Source of the DNA: Amoeboradix gromovi X-113
Taxonomy: Eukaryota; Fungi; Sanchytriomycota
Assembly: GCA_018985225.1 (NCBI GenBank)
Contig: JADGIF010000133.1
Location: 1-18,075, forward strand
Direction: 5' to 3'
Length of the DNA: 18,075 nt
Shown here: piece by piece, positions 7,968-18,073 of the stretch
Layout of the letters: each line of letters opens with the position of its first letter
Numbering within the stretch: position 1 is the first letter of the stretch
The notes under the pieces: generated by a model
The model's database searches: none
What the model was told of the DNA's origin: nothing
Seen by the model: the letters and a program-made list of their open reading frames with translations, nothing else
Translations under genes and position numbers: made by a program

Positions 7968-8486
7968 ATGAGTAAAAAAGTCTTAATACTTGATCTTGAC
8001 GAGACACTGGTCCATACTAGTTCTCAAGGTACAAAGCAGCACGATTTCATGCTGGAAGTATTAATTAACACTCCGCAATTGTATTATGTTTACAAGCGAC
8101 CATATTTGGATTATTTTTTAAGTAAATGCTTAGAATGGTTCCATGTTTATATATTTACAGCCTCTGTTCCGGAGTATGCTGACCCTGTAATTGATTTTAT
8201 TGACCCTGCTAAACGCATAAAGCACAGGTATTATCGCAATGATTGTACTTTGATTGATGGGACATATGTTAAAAATTTGGAAAAATTAAAAATAGATTTA
8301 TCGAAAGTTGTTTTTGTCGATAACTTTGAAGGTAGCTATAACTTACAGCAAGAAAACGCTATACCTGTCTCCACTTGGCATTTTGACTCCGACGACAGTG
8401 AGTTATTAAATTTACTACCACTGCTTGACGCACTAAGATGGGTTAGTGATGTGCGAAATATTTTAACCTTGCGATTGACTAAATAA
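7968..8486 (+). CDS. NEM1: FCP/SCP-family HAD phosphatase, Nem1/CTDNEP1-like
   Basis: Motifs LILDLDETLVH, VYKRPYLDYFL and FTASVPEYADPVID. The C-terminal LLNLLPLLDALRWVSDVRNIL is typical of Nem1/CTDNEP1. The ATG is at 7968. Confidence 0.85.
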   Translation: MSKKVLILDLDETLVHTSSQGTKQHDFMLEVLINTPQLYYVYKRPYLDYFLSKCLEWFHVYIFTASVPEYADPVIDFIDPAKRIKHRYYRNDCTLIDGTYVKNLEKLKIDLSKVVFVDNFEGSYNLQQENAIPVSTWHFDSDDSELLNLLPLLDALRWVSDVRNILTLRLTK

Positions 8487-8510
8487 ACTTATTTGTACCA
8501 TTTAAAGTGA

Positions 8511-10943
8511 TCATTTATTGATTAAAATAATTCCCAAGTCAGCTAACTTCCTCTCAACATCTTGCATCCACATAACTCTCATCTGGTTCTTAGCATAATC
8601 GTTAAAATCATCTGCTTCAAAAAGATATCTACCAGCCTCTTCTCTATCCATCCTTTCCAATATTTCTTTCAATTTGTTCCCATCTCTTTGAATATGTGCT
8701 ACGTGGGACGCTTTATTGTATGCTTTAATCCTCATATAATACTTAATTTGATGTTCCAAACTGCATTTAGGAATGTACTTCAGCGATTCTTTGTATGCAC
8801 CTTGATCTAAACAAACTTTAACAAATGGATCATAGCCAATTGGTGACTTTTTATATGACCATTTTTCCAGGCTACTCCAATCTCTAATGGTACTAGCAGC
8901 CTTGATGTATATCCACCAGTATCTTTTATCAGGCACTTTGAATTCATTCTTGAGTTTTATAGCTTTTATCTGTAGCCCAGTAGTTATGCATCTTGTGATG
9001 GTGGAGTTAAGAGAGAGATTAATAAATTTACTAGAATTGTCAGCACTTGATGACCATACTTCATTCTCCAATTGTTCCTGGGCTAACAATAGCTTCAACT
9101 CCATTTCTACGATCTTTACATCCGCATTCATTTTTGCATCATTCAACAATTTTATAGCTTGCTGCAAGTATTGCTTGTGCTCTAGTATGCTATCAGCGTC
9201 AACTACTCTAGCGCTACTGTTTGTATTTATTACCGGAGTACATTGTAATCTCAATAGCCCATGAACATGCAGTTGCTTCAAATCTAGCTGAAAGCAGCAT
9301 TCTATCCATCTTTCCGGTTTTAGCTGTTTAAATACATGTAGCCCAAATGAGTTGCTAATCATTGAATAAATAACGGAATAGGGAACCTGCCTGTTGATTA
9401 AATTCAAGAGCACCAGTTTGATTAGATCTATGCTATTAAACTTAATAGCTTGTTCAAGCGCTTTGTCGTCTTGTTTTAGCTTGAGCAAAAGCGGAATTTG
9501 CTCATTTGGATTGAGCTCAAATTTTAAAAATTCTAAAGCGGTTCCTGGTCTACCATATGTCACCGCATCATGAGCCATTTGAGTATAACCCGATTTGATA
9601 TTGATGCACTTGGATAATATTGTATGAGCCACTTGCTCATCAGTAATTGGATGATATTTCATTTTTACTAGAAAAGCACGAGAATAATGGATTAGAATAG
9701 ATTCAATCAATTTATTGTTGCTATTACAATACTTGGCTATACACAAAGCTAAATAATGTTCATTCGCGGCCAATAACCAGCTAAATAATGAGGTGTTATT
9801 TTTGTACTGTTCATAGCTTAAAAACGGATCATAATGATCTCTAAGAGCATTTAGAATCCTTAAAACTCTACAAGAGGTTTCCGTCTGTATAGTGTTAGAC
9901 TTCAGAAATGATATTCCGAATCTAGCAATTCTTAACAATTTCATTGAAAAGTTGACATCAAACGTATGACAGCTAGCTTCTAATATATGAGAAATGCATG
10001 GCTCTAAGGGCAAACTTAGAAATTCTAGCGTGGGTATTCTGTTAGACCACTGAGAATAAGAATCAATCAATAAACGGCTGGGATGTGTTGATGATTTTAA
10101 ACAATTTGTTAAAACTCGAGGAATAGGGGTAATAAAATGGTAGCTTGACGAGGATACAACCTTCAAACCATCCAAAGTACAATAATACGCTAGAACGTAG
10201 GGCAGCTGAATGTCTAAATAGTTTGAGTTCCCAAAAATACGCAGTAGCGTGCTTTCTTCTAAACTGGATTGAATGTCAGCAAGGAAAGAATCGATCCATA
10301 TTATTCGGTGATATGGTTTTAAGTCTATCTTTTGAATGAGGTTTAGTTCATTATTAATAAAGTCCACGGAATTGTAGATGAGGGCAGTGTTATTTTGAAT
10401 CAGAGCCACTTTTGAGCCATTTGGATGAAATATTATGTGTTGGAGGTTAGGGTAGGTTATGTTAATAAACGAATCAGATTTGCAAACATAAATTGTCGAC
10501 TCACTGTATATTACAGCGATTTCAAGGCTTGGATGGCAAGTTAAGAGTTCTAAATGACTTATTAGCGGGATTTTCAACATACGGCTAACGGGAGGTAGCT
10601 GTTCGACGTTAACAGACACTAACTCTGTGCCTGTTAATAAGTATATGTGGCAGCCAACACAGAAATCCAATATTTCGCTAACTTGGTATTTTATCCATTC
10701 TTCTTTGTAATAAAAGAGCGCATCCTTGGTGAGACCGAACAGAGTATTTCCAAGATATATGGTTTTTTGAAATTGGTTTGAAGGGATGGTTTGAATAACT
10801 TTGTTTGACATAGTTAGAATTGTGAATTTGCGTAAATCTTGTATTATTAAAACATTAGACAGCAAAATGTTATTATTCGAGACGTTCATTTGCCTAGTCA
10901 TATGGGTGAATTCAAAGTCGTCCAAAAGCAACTCCCGGGTCAT
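8511..10943 (-). CDS. VPS16: Vacuolar protein sorting 16 (HOPS/CORVET subunit)
   Basis: Motifs FKVPDKRYWW, DWSSLEKWSYKKSPIGYDPFV, EQIPLLLKL and CRVLRILNALR. The start is placed at ATG 10943 to avoid overlap with NCB2 and is uncertain. Confidence 0.88.
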   Translation of the reverse strand: MTRELLLDDFEFTHMTRQMNVSNNNILLSNVLIIQDLRKFTILTMSNKVIQTIPSNQFQKTIYLGNTLFGLTKDALFYYKEEWIKYQVSEILDFCVGCHIYLLTGTELVSVNVEQLPPVSRMLKIPLISHLELLTCHPSLEIAVIYSESTIYVCKSDSFINITYPNLQHIIFHPNGSKVALIQNNTALIYNSVDFINNELNLIQKIDLKPYHRIIWIDSFLADIQSSLEESTLLRIFGNSNYLDIQLPYVLAYYCTLDGLKVVSSSSYHFITPIPRVLTNCLKSSTHPSRLLIDSYSQWSNRIPTLEFLSLPLEPCISHILEASCHTFDVNFSMKLLRIARFGISFLKSNTIQTETSCRVLRILNALRDHYDPFLSYEQYKNNTSLFSWLLAANEHYLALCIAKYCNSNNKLIESILIHYSRAFLVKMKYHPITDEQVAHTILSKCINIKSGYTQMAHDAVTYGRPGTALEFLKFELNPNEQIPLLLKLKQDDKALEQAIKFNSIDLIKLVLLNLINRQVPYSVIYSMISNSFGLHVFKQLKPERWIECCFQLDLKQLHVHGLLRLQCTPVINTNSSARVVDADSILEHKQYLQQAIKLLNDAKMNADVKIVEMELKLLLAQEQLENEVWSSSADNSSKFINLSLNSTITRCITTGLQIKAIKLKNEFKVPDKRYWWIYIKAASTIRDWSSLEKWSYKKSPIGYDPFVKVCLDQGAYKESLKYIPKCSLEHQIKYYMRIKAYNKASHVAHIQRDGNKLKEILERMDREEAGRYLFEADDFNDYAKNQMRVMWMQDVERKLADLGIILINK

Positions 10944-10998
10944 GTAAGTGCAACAAAAAACAAAACAATTATATTTACCTGGAGAACAGTGAGACATA

Positions 10999-11445
10999 AT
11001 GGACGGAGAACTGCGACTACCGCGAGCAACTCTTGATAAACTAATCAAGGAGTTTCTACCAGCTGACATAGGTTGCGTCAAAGAAACAAGGCAAGTCCTA
11101 ATGAACTGCTGTATTGAATTCATACATTTAGTGACTTCAGAGGCTAATGAGACGTGTGAGAAGCAAGGGAAGAAAACTATTAACGGAGAGCACATAATTG
11201 CGGCATTGCAAGAATTAGGATTTGAAGAGTTTGTTAATCAAGTTCAGGAGACTTTTGAAGAATTTAAAAATCAAAACAAGTCAGTTTGGAAGAAGCCAAA
11301 ACAGAACCTTCCGGATGAATCCCTGTTAGAGGAGCAACAAAGGTTATTTCAGCAATCAAAAGACAAGATGGGACATGCGGTAAATTCCCCTGTGGCTCAG
11401 GACAGTGTTGACGTAGAACAGGATGAAGAGATGGACGAAGATTAA
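10999..11445 (+). CDS. NCB2: Negative cofactor 2 beta subunit (Dr1), histone fold
   Basis: LPRATLDKLIKE...CCIEFIHLVTSEANETCEKQGKKTINGEHIIAALQELGF, followed by LLEEQQRLF and an acidic tail. Confidence 0.95.
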   Translation: MDGELRLPRATLDKLIKEFLPADIGCVKETRQVLMNCCIEFIHLVTSEANETCEKQGKKTINGEHIIAALQELGFEEFVNQVQETFEEFKNQNKSVWKKPKQNLPDESLLEEQQRLFQQSKDKMGHAVNSPVAQDSVDVEQDEEMDED

Positions 11446-12177
11446 TAAATAATCTTCTTTTGCCAAGAAATAACTCTTTGCAGTCACTCTTACGATTTCT
11501 TATTCCTGCAGCATGGAGATATCTTATTAATGAAGTACTCAAAATATATTATACTTGTGAAGTCTAGTACAATAAAAAATCAGTCTTAATACCAGCAAGC
11601 TCTAGAAAGGTCGACTAGGTTTACATAGCCTATGCTGGGAAAGATATTGGCTGTAATTATGAAATATACTGATGACAAAGACCGTGTTACTATGGTATGG
11701 CAGGAAGTACCACGGTATAAAGAGTCGCTGCAACATACAAAACAATAAAACGGTGGATGAGTTGCTAAAAAGACATCAGGTTAGCGTGTTATAGGGTTTG
11801 AAACATTCAAGCATTACGTCTTCTCGTTAAAGTCCTTACTTACCAAAAAAATATGAATTTCCAAAAAGAGAGTAACAGTACTAGTTGCTCGGTAACAGTG
11901 ATTGCTCACACTTCCACTGCTCTGAGGTGGAATTGAATAGTCCTGGTGTCTAGGATATCATTGGACAACGAACTAGCATGTAGTTCAAAATCCCTTCTGC
12001 TGATTGCATGTGACTCTCGCATATAAGATGATCTCGTCCGATGAAGATGTGAAAACACCAGTAAACACTCGAACGTCTTATAATTGTGTAGAAATCTCGT
12101 TCCTGGTCTTGACAAAACTCAAATTAAGGTGTTCTTTAGACCCTTCCTGATTCAGAAGAGTAATTTTTGTCTCTTTA

Positions 12178-12473
12178 AGTGATTTCTTTAGATTTGACAT
12201 ATTACAGCGGTGGTTACATGGACCCATTTGCAATTCATAAAAAGAAAGATTACCCAGTTTTTATCTATCAGAAAAGTCTAGAAAGAGAGCACCTCCGAGA
12301 TACAGCTCGATTGTTTCTTGAATAAATCAATCATCGAGAATTTGTATTCCATATAATTTCAAGACTTTCTCAGATTTTCTAATAGCTTAAATACTCGATA
12401 TTCTTTATCTTTGCAAACGGTAAATGGAATCAATGGATGTAATCCTAAACATGTCAAATCTAAAGAAATCACT
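12178..12473. repeat. Foldback/MITE-like inverted repeat (296 bp)
   Basis: Perfect 23-bp IR AGTGATTTCTTTAGATTTGACAT (12178-12200) / ATGTCAAATCTAAAGAAATCACT (12451-12473). It continues inward as diverged arms (~12201-12284 vs ~12357-12443). Confidence 0.75.
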
Positions 12474-12490
12474 AACAGGTACAGCATACA

Positions 12491-12767
12491 AAGACATATG
12501 ATCTTATGTTCTTACCATCGTTTAATACTAGCTAAATGATAAGTAGCAAGTCGCAAGAAACATGGCTACAATGTCCCATTACGCATTCAAGGAACGCTTG
12601 AAGTTCAAGTGCAAACAAAGAGGAAAGACTATAATCGAATGTAATGAATCATTTACTAGTCAGACATGCACAAGGTGGGGTACTCTAAAGAAAACCAACT
12701 TAGAAACTTACACCTGTACAAAGTATCATTTGAAGATAGAGACCATATGGCAGCAAGGAACATATAG
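12491..12767 (+). pseudogene. Fanzor2 (IS607 TnpB-like) C-terminal relic
   Basis: Three frame segments: KTYDLMFLPSFNTS*MISSK (12491-12550); ARNMATMSHYAFKERLKFKCKQRGKTIIECNESFTSQTCTRWG..YTCTKY; and DRDHMAARNI* (12735-12767). LPxF in place of the canonical Glu, and the ExxTS motif, are Fanzor2 features. It carries two frameshifts, an internal stop and two lost cysteines. Confidence 0.85.
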
Positions 12768-13203
12768 AAGTATCTGCATCCTTATTTAATCCCACCTCAG
12801 GGTAGTGAAAGTGTGAGCAATCAATGTAACGGAGCATCCCGAAAGCGTGGAAGAGAAACTTGTAATAATGGCTTTTCACCTGAATTATAGGCGATAAATC
12901 TGGGAGTTTTCCACTGGACTAGTATTAGTTTTCTGAAACATTTCTTTAGAAGAGTGTTTTTAGTTTTGCAGTCTGTCTGAAGAATTCAGCAGCATAATCA
13001 TTTGGAAATCTAAACCAAGGTAGCTCTTTTACTTAGGCCGAAATTGCGCATTAATACATGAATTTTGAAGAGCCTTTTTCAATCGAGGAGGCTAGAGATG
13101 TAATTTAACTTTTCATTTATGATATGACAACTTAATTGGTGAAAATAGCTAAAAAAGGAGCAAAGAGCATTAAAAGGACGTTGAGTTAGTCTATTTATTG
13201 ACC

Positions 13204-14229
13204 CTATATTGAAGGATGCTGAATAAAAGGTGGCACTTCAGTGTTTGCTAACTCTAAGTGCTTATTGTATCTAGATCTTCGCCATGGTTCTAATATTGTA
13301 AAAGAGCATTGCAACTCCTTATTAACTGTCATAGTAGCCCCCACGTTATCGAATTCTCCACAATAATTAGGTGCACTAAACAAAGTAATAGCCCTTTTGC
13401 AGCTATGGAATAAGTACCCATCTTCAATCACCAAATGGCCTCTAACTATGAGATCAAGATTATTGGCATCCAAAAATTCTATGATTGAATTCTTTCCCCA
13501 ACAAACAGACACTCCTCGCTCATTTTCTCCAAAATCATCCAGTTTCTCAGTTGGGTCTGACCACAACAAATCACACAGGAGTCCCTTATCTGGAATATCA
13601 CAAGGTCTAAATATGTTGTTGATTTGGTTTAAAGTCTTTAGTTCAGGAGAAATCCCCCCATGAACAGCAAATATTTTATCATTCAAAACTCCAGCGATGG
13701 GTAGATGATTAAAGAAATCTACGAATGTCTTCCAAATTCCAACACTGCATTTCCGTTTGCATTCATCGTAAAATCCATAAATGCGATTTACACTAGCCGC
13801 CTCATGATTGCCTCGAAGCAAATATATGTGCTTAGGATAAAGAATTTTGAAACAAAGCAGCATTAATATAGTTTCCAATGATTGGTATCCTCTATCTACA
13901 TAATCTCCGAGGAAGAGATACTTTTGATTAGGTGGATAGCCGTGTTTGTTAAAAATTACAAACAAGTCATGGAATTGGCCATGAATATCAGAAATAATAA
14001 CACAATCACCTTCTATTTTAATTAATGCAGGCTCTCCCTTGATAACAAGTAAAGATTCTTGAATAATACGCATGATTTGCGCTTTTTTTATAGGGAAATG
14101 AAAAAGGAATTTCTTCTTCTTGTCAGGAATATCAAGCTTGAAATTGTTGCAAAACTGTTTGACATCATCTGGAAGCAGCGATGCCAAGCTTAAAATATCC
14201 TGCCAAAGTTCTTCAGACGTCAGTCTCAT
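13204..14229 (-). CDS. PPP-family Ser/Thr phosphatase catalytic subunit, PP1/PPZ-like
   Basis: Motifs SDIHGQ, LGDYVDRG, LRGNHE, DLLWSDP, ENERGVS and FSAPNYCGEFDN. Confidence 0.93.
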   Translation of the reverse strand: MRLTSEELWQDILSLASLLPDDVKQFCNNFKLDIPDKKKKFLFHFPIKKAQIMRIIQESLLVIKGEPALIKIEGDCVIISDIHGQFHDLFVIFNKHGYPPNQKYLFLGDYVDRGYQSLETILMLLCFKILYPKHIYLLRGNHEAASVNRIYGFYDECKRKCSVGIWKTFVDFFNHLPIAGVLNDKIFAVHGGISPELKTLNQINNIFRPCDIPDKGLLCDLLWSDPTEKLDDFGENERGVSVCWGKNSIIEFLDANNLDLIVRGHLVIEDGYLFHSCKRAITLFSAPNYCGEFDNVGATMTVNKELQCSFTILEPWRRSRYNKHLELANTEVPPFIQHPSI

Positions 14230-14329
14230 AACAGTGTAACACGATGCCTCCGCTATATTTAGCAGAACCTTAAAATTTATTTTAGTATGCAGGTTCTACT
14301 TTTTGTTATTTTAATCCCCTTGAACATAC

Positions 14330-14776
14330 ATGTCAAGAATTTTACACGTTGAAGGTATGTCTGAAGCTGGTCGAGCCGCCAAAGTAGTTACTGACAAGTT
14401 CCTTAAAAAGAACGAAGCTATTAAAAGAATAGAATATGCATTGCAGGCCGAGAAGACTTACAAAACCTTGCAATTAGGAATGAATGAGCATGCATTACTT
14501 TTAGATGAACTGGTATATTTAAATCACAGCTGCAATCCTAACGTATACTTTAAAAACGATTTGTTATATGCTTTGAGAGATATTGCAATTGGGGAAGAAC
14601 TAACTTTTTTTTATCCCTCAACAGAATGGGAAATGAGGGAACCTTTTGATTGTCAATGCGAATCCTTGAACTGCATCAAAACTGTGAAGGGTGCATGTGC
14701 TTTACCAAAAGACGTCTTAGACTCGTTTTACATATCTGAGCACATCAAAAATCTATTGAAAACAAGAGAAAAATAA
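14330..14776 (+). CDS. Small SET-domain protein with post-SET cysteines
   Basis: Motifs YLNHSCNPN, ALRDIAIGEELTFFYPSTEW and FDCQCESLNC. Confidence 0.88.
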   Translation: MSRILHVEGMSEAGRAAKVVTDKFLKKNEAIKRIEYALQAEKTYKTLQLGMNEHALLLDELVYLNHSCNPNVYFKNDLLYALRDIAIGEELTFFYPSTEWEMREPFDCQCESLNCIKTVKGACALPKDVLDSFYISEHIKNLLKTREK

Positions 14777-14945
14777 ATATCAAGAATATCTATCTTTTTA
14801 ATCTAGTTTCAACTCAATTCATCTTAACGATTTTTAAAGCACAATGAACTGATGCTACTCGCTTTGATTTATTTTCATAATAGGAGTAGAGTGTGAAAAC
14901 TCTCGACAATATTTTAGAATCTCCTTAAACAATTCAAGGCTCTCT

Positions 14946-15884
14946 ATGTTGAAATATACATATGACCCAACTCCATTTATTGTGTTGAATTCCGATAGAG
15001 TAATAGAATCAGTACCATTCAAAAGAGATTCCGAGTTGTTTCTTTTTCATAGTTTGAAGAATGCAAATGACGAAGTTTTGATGACTCTACTCAGTCTTGA
15101 GCATGAAAATATAGAATCAACACTAGCGTATTGTGAAGACCGTGGTAGTCTTTTAGAAATTCCTATTTCAGTATCTCTAACGCTACCAATGCGAATAACA
15201 CCTAGATATGAACTTCTCGATTTTAACAGTGACCTTCAAATTTTACTTAAATGGTTTAACGAGTTGCTTCTAGCCATTCAATATTTACACTCTCTTGACA
15301 TAATTCATTCAAATCTTCATCCAAATGCTTGTTTTCTTAAAAACAATCGTTTAATTCTTGGGGAACTTCAGTCTATTATTATCAACTCAAAGTATAATAT
15401 CAATGAAGTAAGGCAGCTGACATGGGCTCCTGAAATAGTGCATGAGGATGTTCATCCTGTTGTATCCAAGGGAATGGACATCTTCATGCTAGGAATCATT
15501 TTGTCAGTATGGCTCGATGACTATCTTTGTGTTATACCGCGATTAGGTCATAATTATTTGCCTTCCAAATTGTTAGAATATTTGGAGCATTTGGACGATT
15601 TTATGATAATAGAATGTCGTACAAATGCTGATTTGTTTCCTCCAATTTTCAAATTAATATCCGATATATTAATCCAATTGATGAATCCGGACCACAATGA
15701 GAGGATCAGTATTGGTAAAATACTGGATCATGGGCTTATTTCAATTATTAACCGTCCGACCTTTATCCAACAAACTATATTTGCTGGCCTCACCAAATCG
15801 GAATGGACTGAAAGAAACATTAAAAAGGAATTCGAAAAAAGAAAGAGACCGCTCCCATCACCAACTGGCCTATGGTTTAAATAA
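14946..15884 (+). CDS. Protein kinase-like protein, probable pseudokinase
   Basis: Motifs AIQYLHSLDIIHSNLHPNAC, WAPE, MDIFMLG and PDHNERIS. HRD, DFG and the Gly-rich loop are absent. Confidence 0.75.
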   Translation: MLKYTYDPTPFIVLNSDRVIESVPFKRDSELFLFHSLKNANDEVLMTLLSLEHENIESTLAYCEDRGSLLEIPISVSLTLPMRITPRYELLDFNSDLQILLKWFNELLLAIQYLHSLDIIHSNLHPNACFLKNNRLILGELQSIIINSKYNINEVRQLTWAPEIVHEDVHPVVSKGMDIFMLGIILSVWLDDYLCVIPRLGHNYLPSKLLEYLEHLDDFMIIECRTNADLFPPIFKLISDILIQLMNPDHNERISIGKILDHGLISIINRPTFIQQTIFAGLTKSEWTERNIKKEFEKRKRPLPSPTGLWFK

Positions 15885-15905
15885 ATGTAGAGTTTATTAT
15901 TGATC

Positions 15906-17345
15906 CTACTTGGTTTTTCGCTTTCTAGTCTTTTTTGATTTTACGGCAGATGACAAAGCTTTTTCTGTTTCCGTTAAGTCATGTGCTAGACCATCACTCT
16001 CAGCGTCTTTATCAACGTAGGTTTTTTCATGGGTCTCAAAAGATTGACCATATTCATTTACTCTGGATTTGTCTACAGGATACAGATATGCTTGATATAT
16101 AGCAATCACAAATATGACATCATCTCTAAAGCATGCAATTCTGTGCAACGTTGGCATCTCTATAATAAAGGCGAACAAATCATCAACGATAGTACCTAAA
16201 AAGCGATAGGTTAGCATTCTAAAGGGTAGATGACTTACACTTTTAAGATGATAGTTTATGAAAAGTTGTGGAGTCATAATGATGAACTGGAATCCGTATA
16301 CGAATGATGCCATGATCTTGATAAACAAGGAATAATTATTTGAGAAACTGTCATATAGGACTGAGTAGACAGCATAAGCTATCAAAATAGGACCTACAAC
16401 GACGCTCATATACTTGAATGCCATTTTATCATAATGCAGGGTGATATCATCTTGTTGAATTGACCAAGAGAACCCTTTCCAAGATATGTGCTCAAGATTA
16501 ACTAGTTTGCTGCATTTCCATAGCTCAATAGCTAACTGAGCAACAGAGCTAGCAATAATCACAGAATTAGTCTTTCCAGTATCTATCAAATAAAAAAGAA
16601 TGATGATTTGACATATGATGTTTACAAAGACGGCAGAAACACTGAGTCCTTTGAAATCGGCCTTTTTCTTTTTCTTCTTCCAGAACAATACATCATTTTT
16701 AAAGGCAAAAAAATCTAAAATAGAATGAAGTACGCTAACACTTAAAGTAAGGAGTAGGTAGTAAAAATTAGTGTCGATGAAAATACTCTTGAACTGATCT
16801 ATATCTTTCTCTTGAAGCACAGATCGAAGTTCGTTAAAGGAAGCAGAATAATGAAGAAATAAGGTGTATTTGTAAAATGATATGTTATAGACACTGAGCT
16901 TAATATTGACTAGATCAGATGAAATCGGACTCATTGTGGAATACAGATGATAAAATTGATTATGAAAAGGATAGGGAATTCCATTGTGCAGATGAAAGCT
17001 ATACTCGCTTGTGAAATTTCCATTAATTATATTGAAAGTAAAGTTACGCTGATAGTGAGTTTGATTGACCTTGATGTTCCTTGTAGTGCAAAGGTCTTCA
17101 ATGCAGACAGATATGGGCTCATTAATGCTAACCTTGAGCTCATAAACATCGAAATCAATTGGCTCGCTAATTATTCTTTCCTTAATGACATCACCACCAC
17201 TTCTTATCGAAAAAACAACTGATTCTTTGTCAATTTTATTAACAACTTCATCACCCAAAAAAACTTTGAGATTTAATGCGTTAAAGCCAAAGTAGATGAC
17301 AATGACGATTTGTAAAAAAGTTAAAATATTGGTACCCAGACCCAT
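15906..17345 (-). CDS. CLPTM1: CLPTM1-family multi-pass membrane protein
   Basis: Motifs FAFKNDVLFW, MTPQLFINYHLKSVSHLP and DDLFAFIIEMPTLHRIACFRDDVIFVI..YQ..LYPVDKSRVNEYG. Confidence 0.93.
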   Translation of the reverse strand: MGLGTNILTFLQIVIVIYFGFNALNLKVFLGDEVVNKIDKESVVFSIRSGGDVIKERIISEPIDFDVYELKVSINEPISVCIEDLCTTRNIKVNQTHYQRNFTFNIINGNFTSEYSFHLHNGIPYPFHNQFYHLYSTMSPISSDLVNIKLSVYNISFYKYTLFLHYSASFNELRSVLQEKDIDQFKSIFIDTNFYYLLLTLSVSVLHSILDFFAFKNDVLFWKKKKKKADFKGLSVSAVFVNIICQIIILFYLIDTGKTNSVIIASSVAQLAIELWKCSKLVNLEHISWKGFSWSIQQDDITLHYDKMAFKYMSVVVGPILIAYAVYSVLYDSFSNNYSLFIKIMASFVYGFQFIIMTPQLFINYHLKSVSHLPFRMLTYRFLGTIVDDLFAFIIEMPTLHRIACFRDDVIFVIAIYQAYLYPVDKSRVNEYGQSFETHEKTYVDKDAESDGLAHDLTETEKALSSAVKSKKTRKRKTK

Positions 17346-17463
17346 TTGTTTTAAAAATTATGTTATGCTATTACTTGCTAGAATCACAGAGTTTTCTATC
17401 GTTCAACGCAATGGTGATGTGCAAAATAGTACTAATTCTATCATTTTTGGGCGTAAAACATAA

Positions 17464-17554
17464 TTTGATTTGGGACACCAAATATAAAAACTAGACTAAC
17501 TCGTTTTTAAAGGAGGTGCTCCATACGGAGGAAATGCTATCATTAATAAAAGAT
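17464..17554 (-). repeat. Second copy of the Fanzor family A 3' end / omegaRNA scaffold
   Basis: Reverse complement of 144-227, and it extends through CAAA if a 4-nt deletion (GTAT) is allowed. Confidence 0.85.
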
Positions 17555-18073
17555 ACTCTTGTCTATTTCATTCTCACAGACTCTACATTTCTTTGAAGTG
17601 TGATATTCATCTACTAATTCAACTGTCACTTTGGATTTGCAGGCTCTTACAAAGAAATCCCTGATAGAATGACATGGACTGCAGTTGTTTTGTTTAAAAT
17701 TCGTATTAAATTGTCCATCTCCCCAGAATAAAATAGTCTTTTTGTCATTACTGATGCTTTTCTTCTTGAGAAATTTCTTTCTTTTCCTTTTGAAATCATA
17801 ATCAGCTTCTAAATGGCTCAGATTATCATTGTACGCAGGCATTTCATGTGGTTCAAAGACTATTTCGCGCTTGAGCTGCTTTAATATCAATTCCATTTTA
17901 GACAATTTCATACCATACTTTCTAAACTTCCATTGTCTGTACTCTGGATGACTATATTCAATAAAAAGTGCATGATAGTACTCATAAGTAATCGTGACTG
18001 TCTCTTGAATACTTGTAGCTCTTGACAGCCTCTCAAAACATTCTTTGAGCCAAGGCAATTTATCTCTTCTTTT
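17543..18073 (-). pseudogene. Fanzor1 (family A, copy A3), runs off the window edge; an internal deletion removes the second CxxC and RuvC-III
   Basis: HPEYRQWKFRK (compare DLEYRKWRFRR in the 685-aa protein), ILFWGDGQF and VDEYHTSKKCRVC. It then joins directly and out of frame to the family 3'-end sequence. Confidence 0.85.

Noticed and set aside
10944-11195. N-terminal 84 aa of the 894-aa ORF
   Set aside because: Mostly antisense to NCB2 and not Vps16-like; it is an open shadow frame.
11730-11765. KTIKRWMSC, resembling the Fanzor2 N-terminal helix
   Set aside because: Too short, and the expected R..YN does not follow.
11906-12115. 69-aa ORF whose RPGTRFL resembles RuvC-I DPGxRTF
   Set aside because: It has no Asp, lies on the opposite strand to the Fanzor2 relic, and shows no other motifs.
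5480-17222. Small opposite-strand ORFs (5480, 5520, 7512, 8562, 8887, 10145, 11264, 13397, 16947; also 3975 and the same-strand 15697)
   Set aside because: They overlap well-supported genes and show no recognisable motifs.
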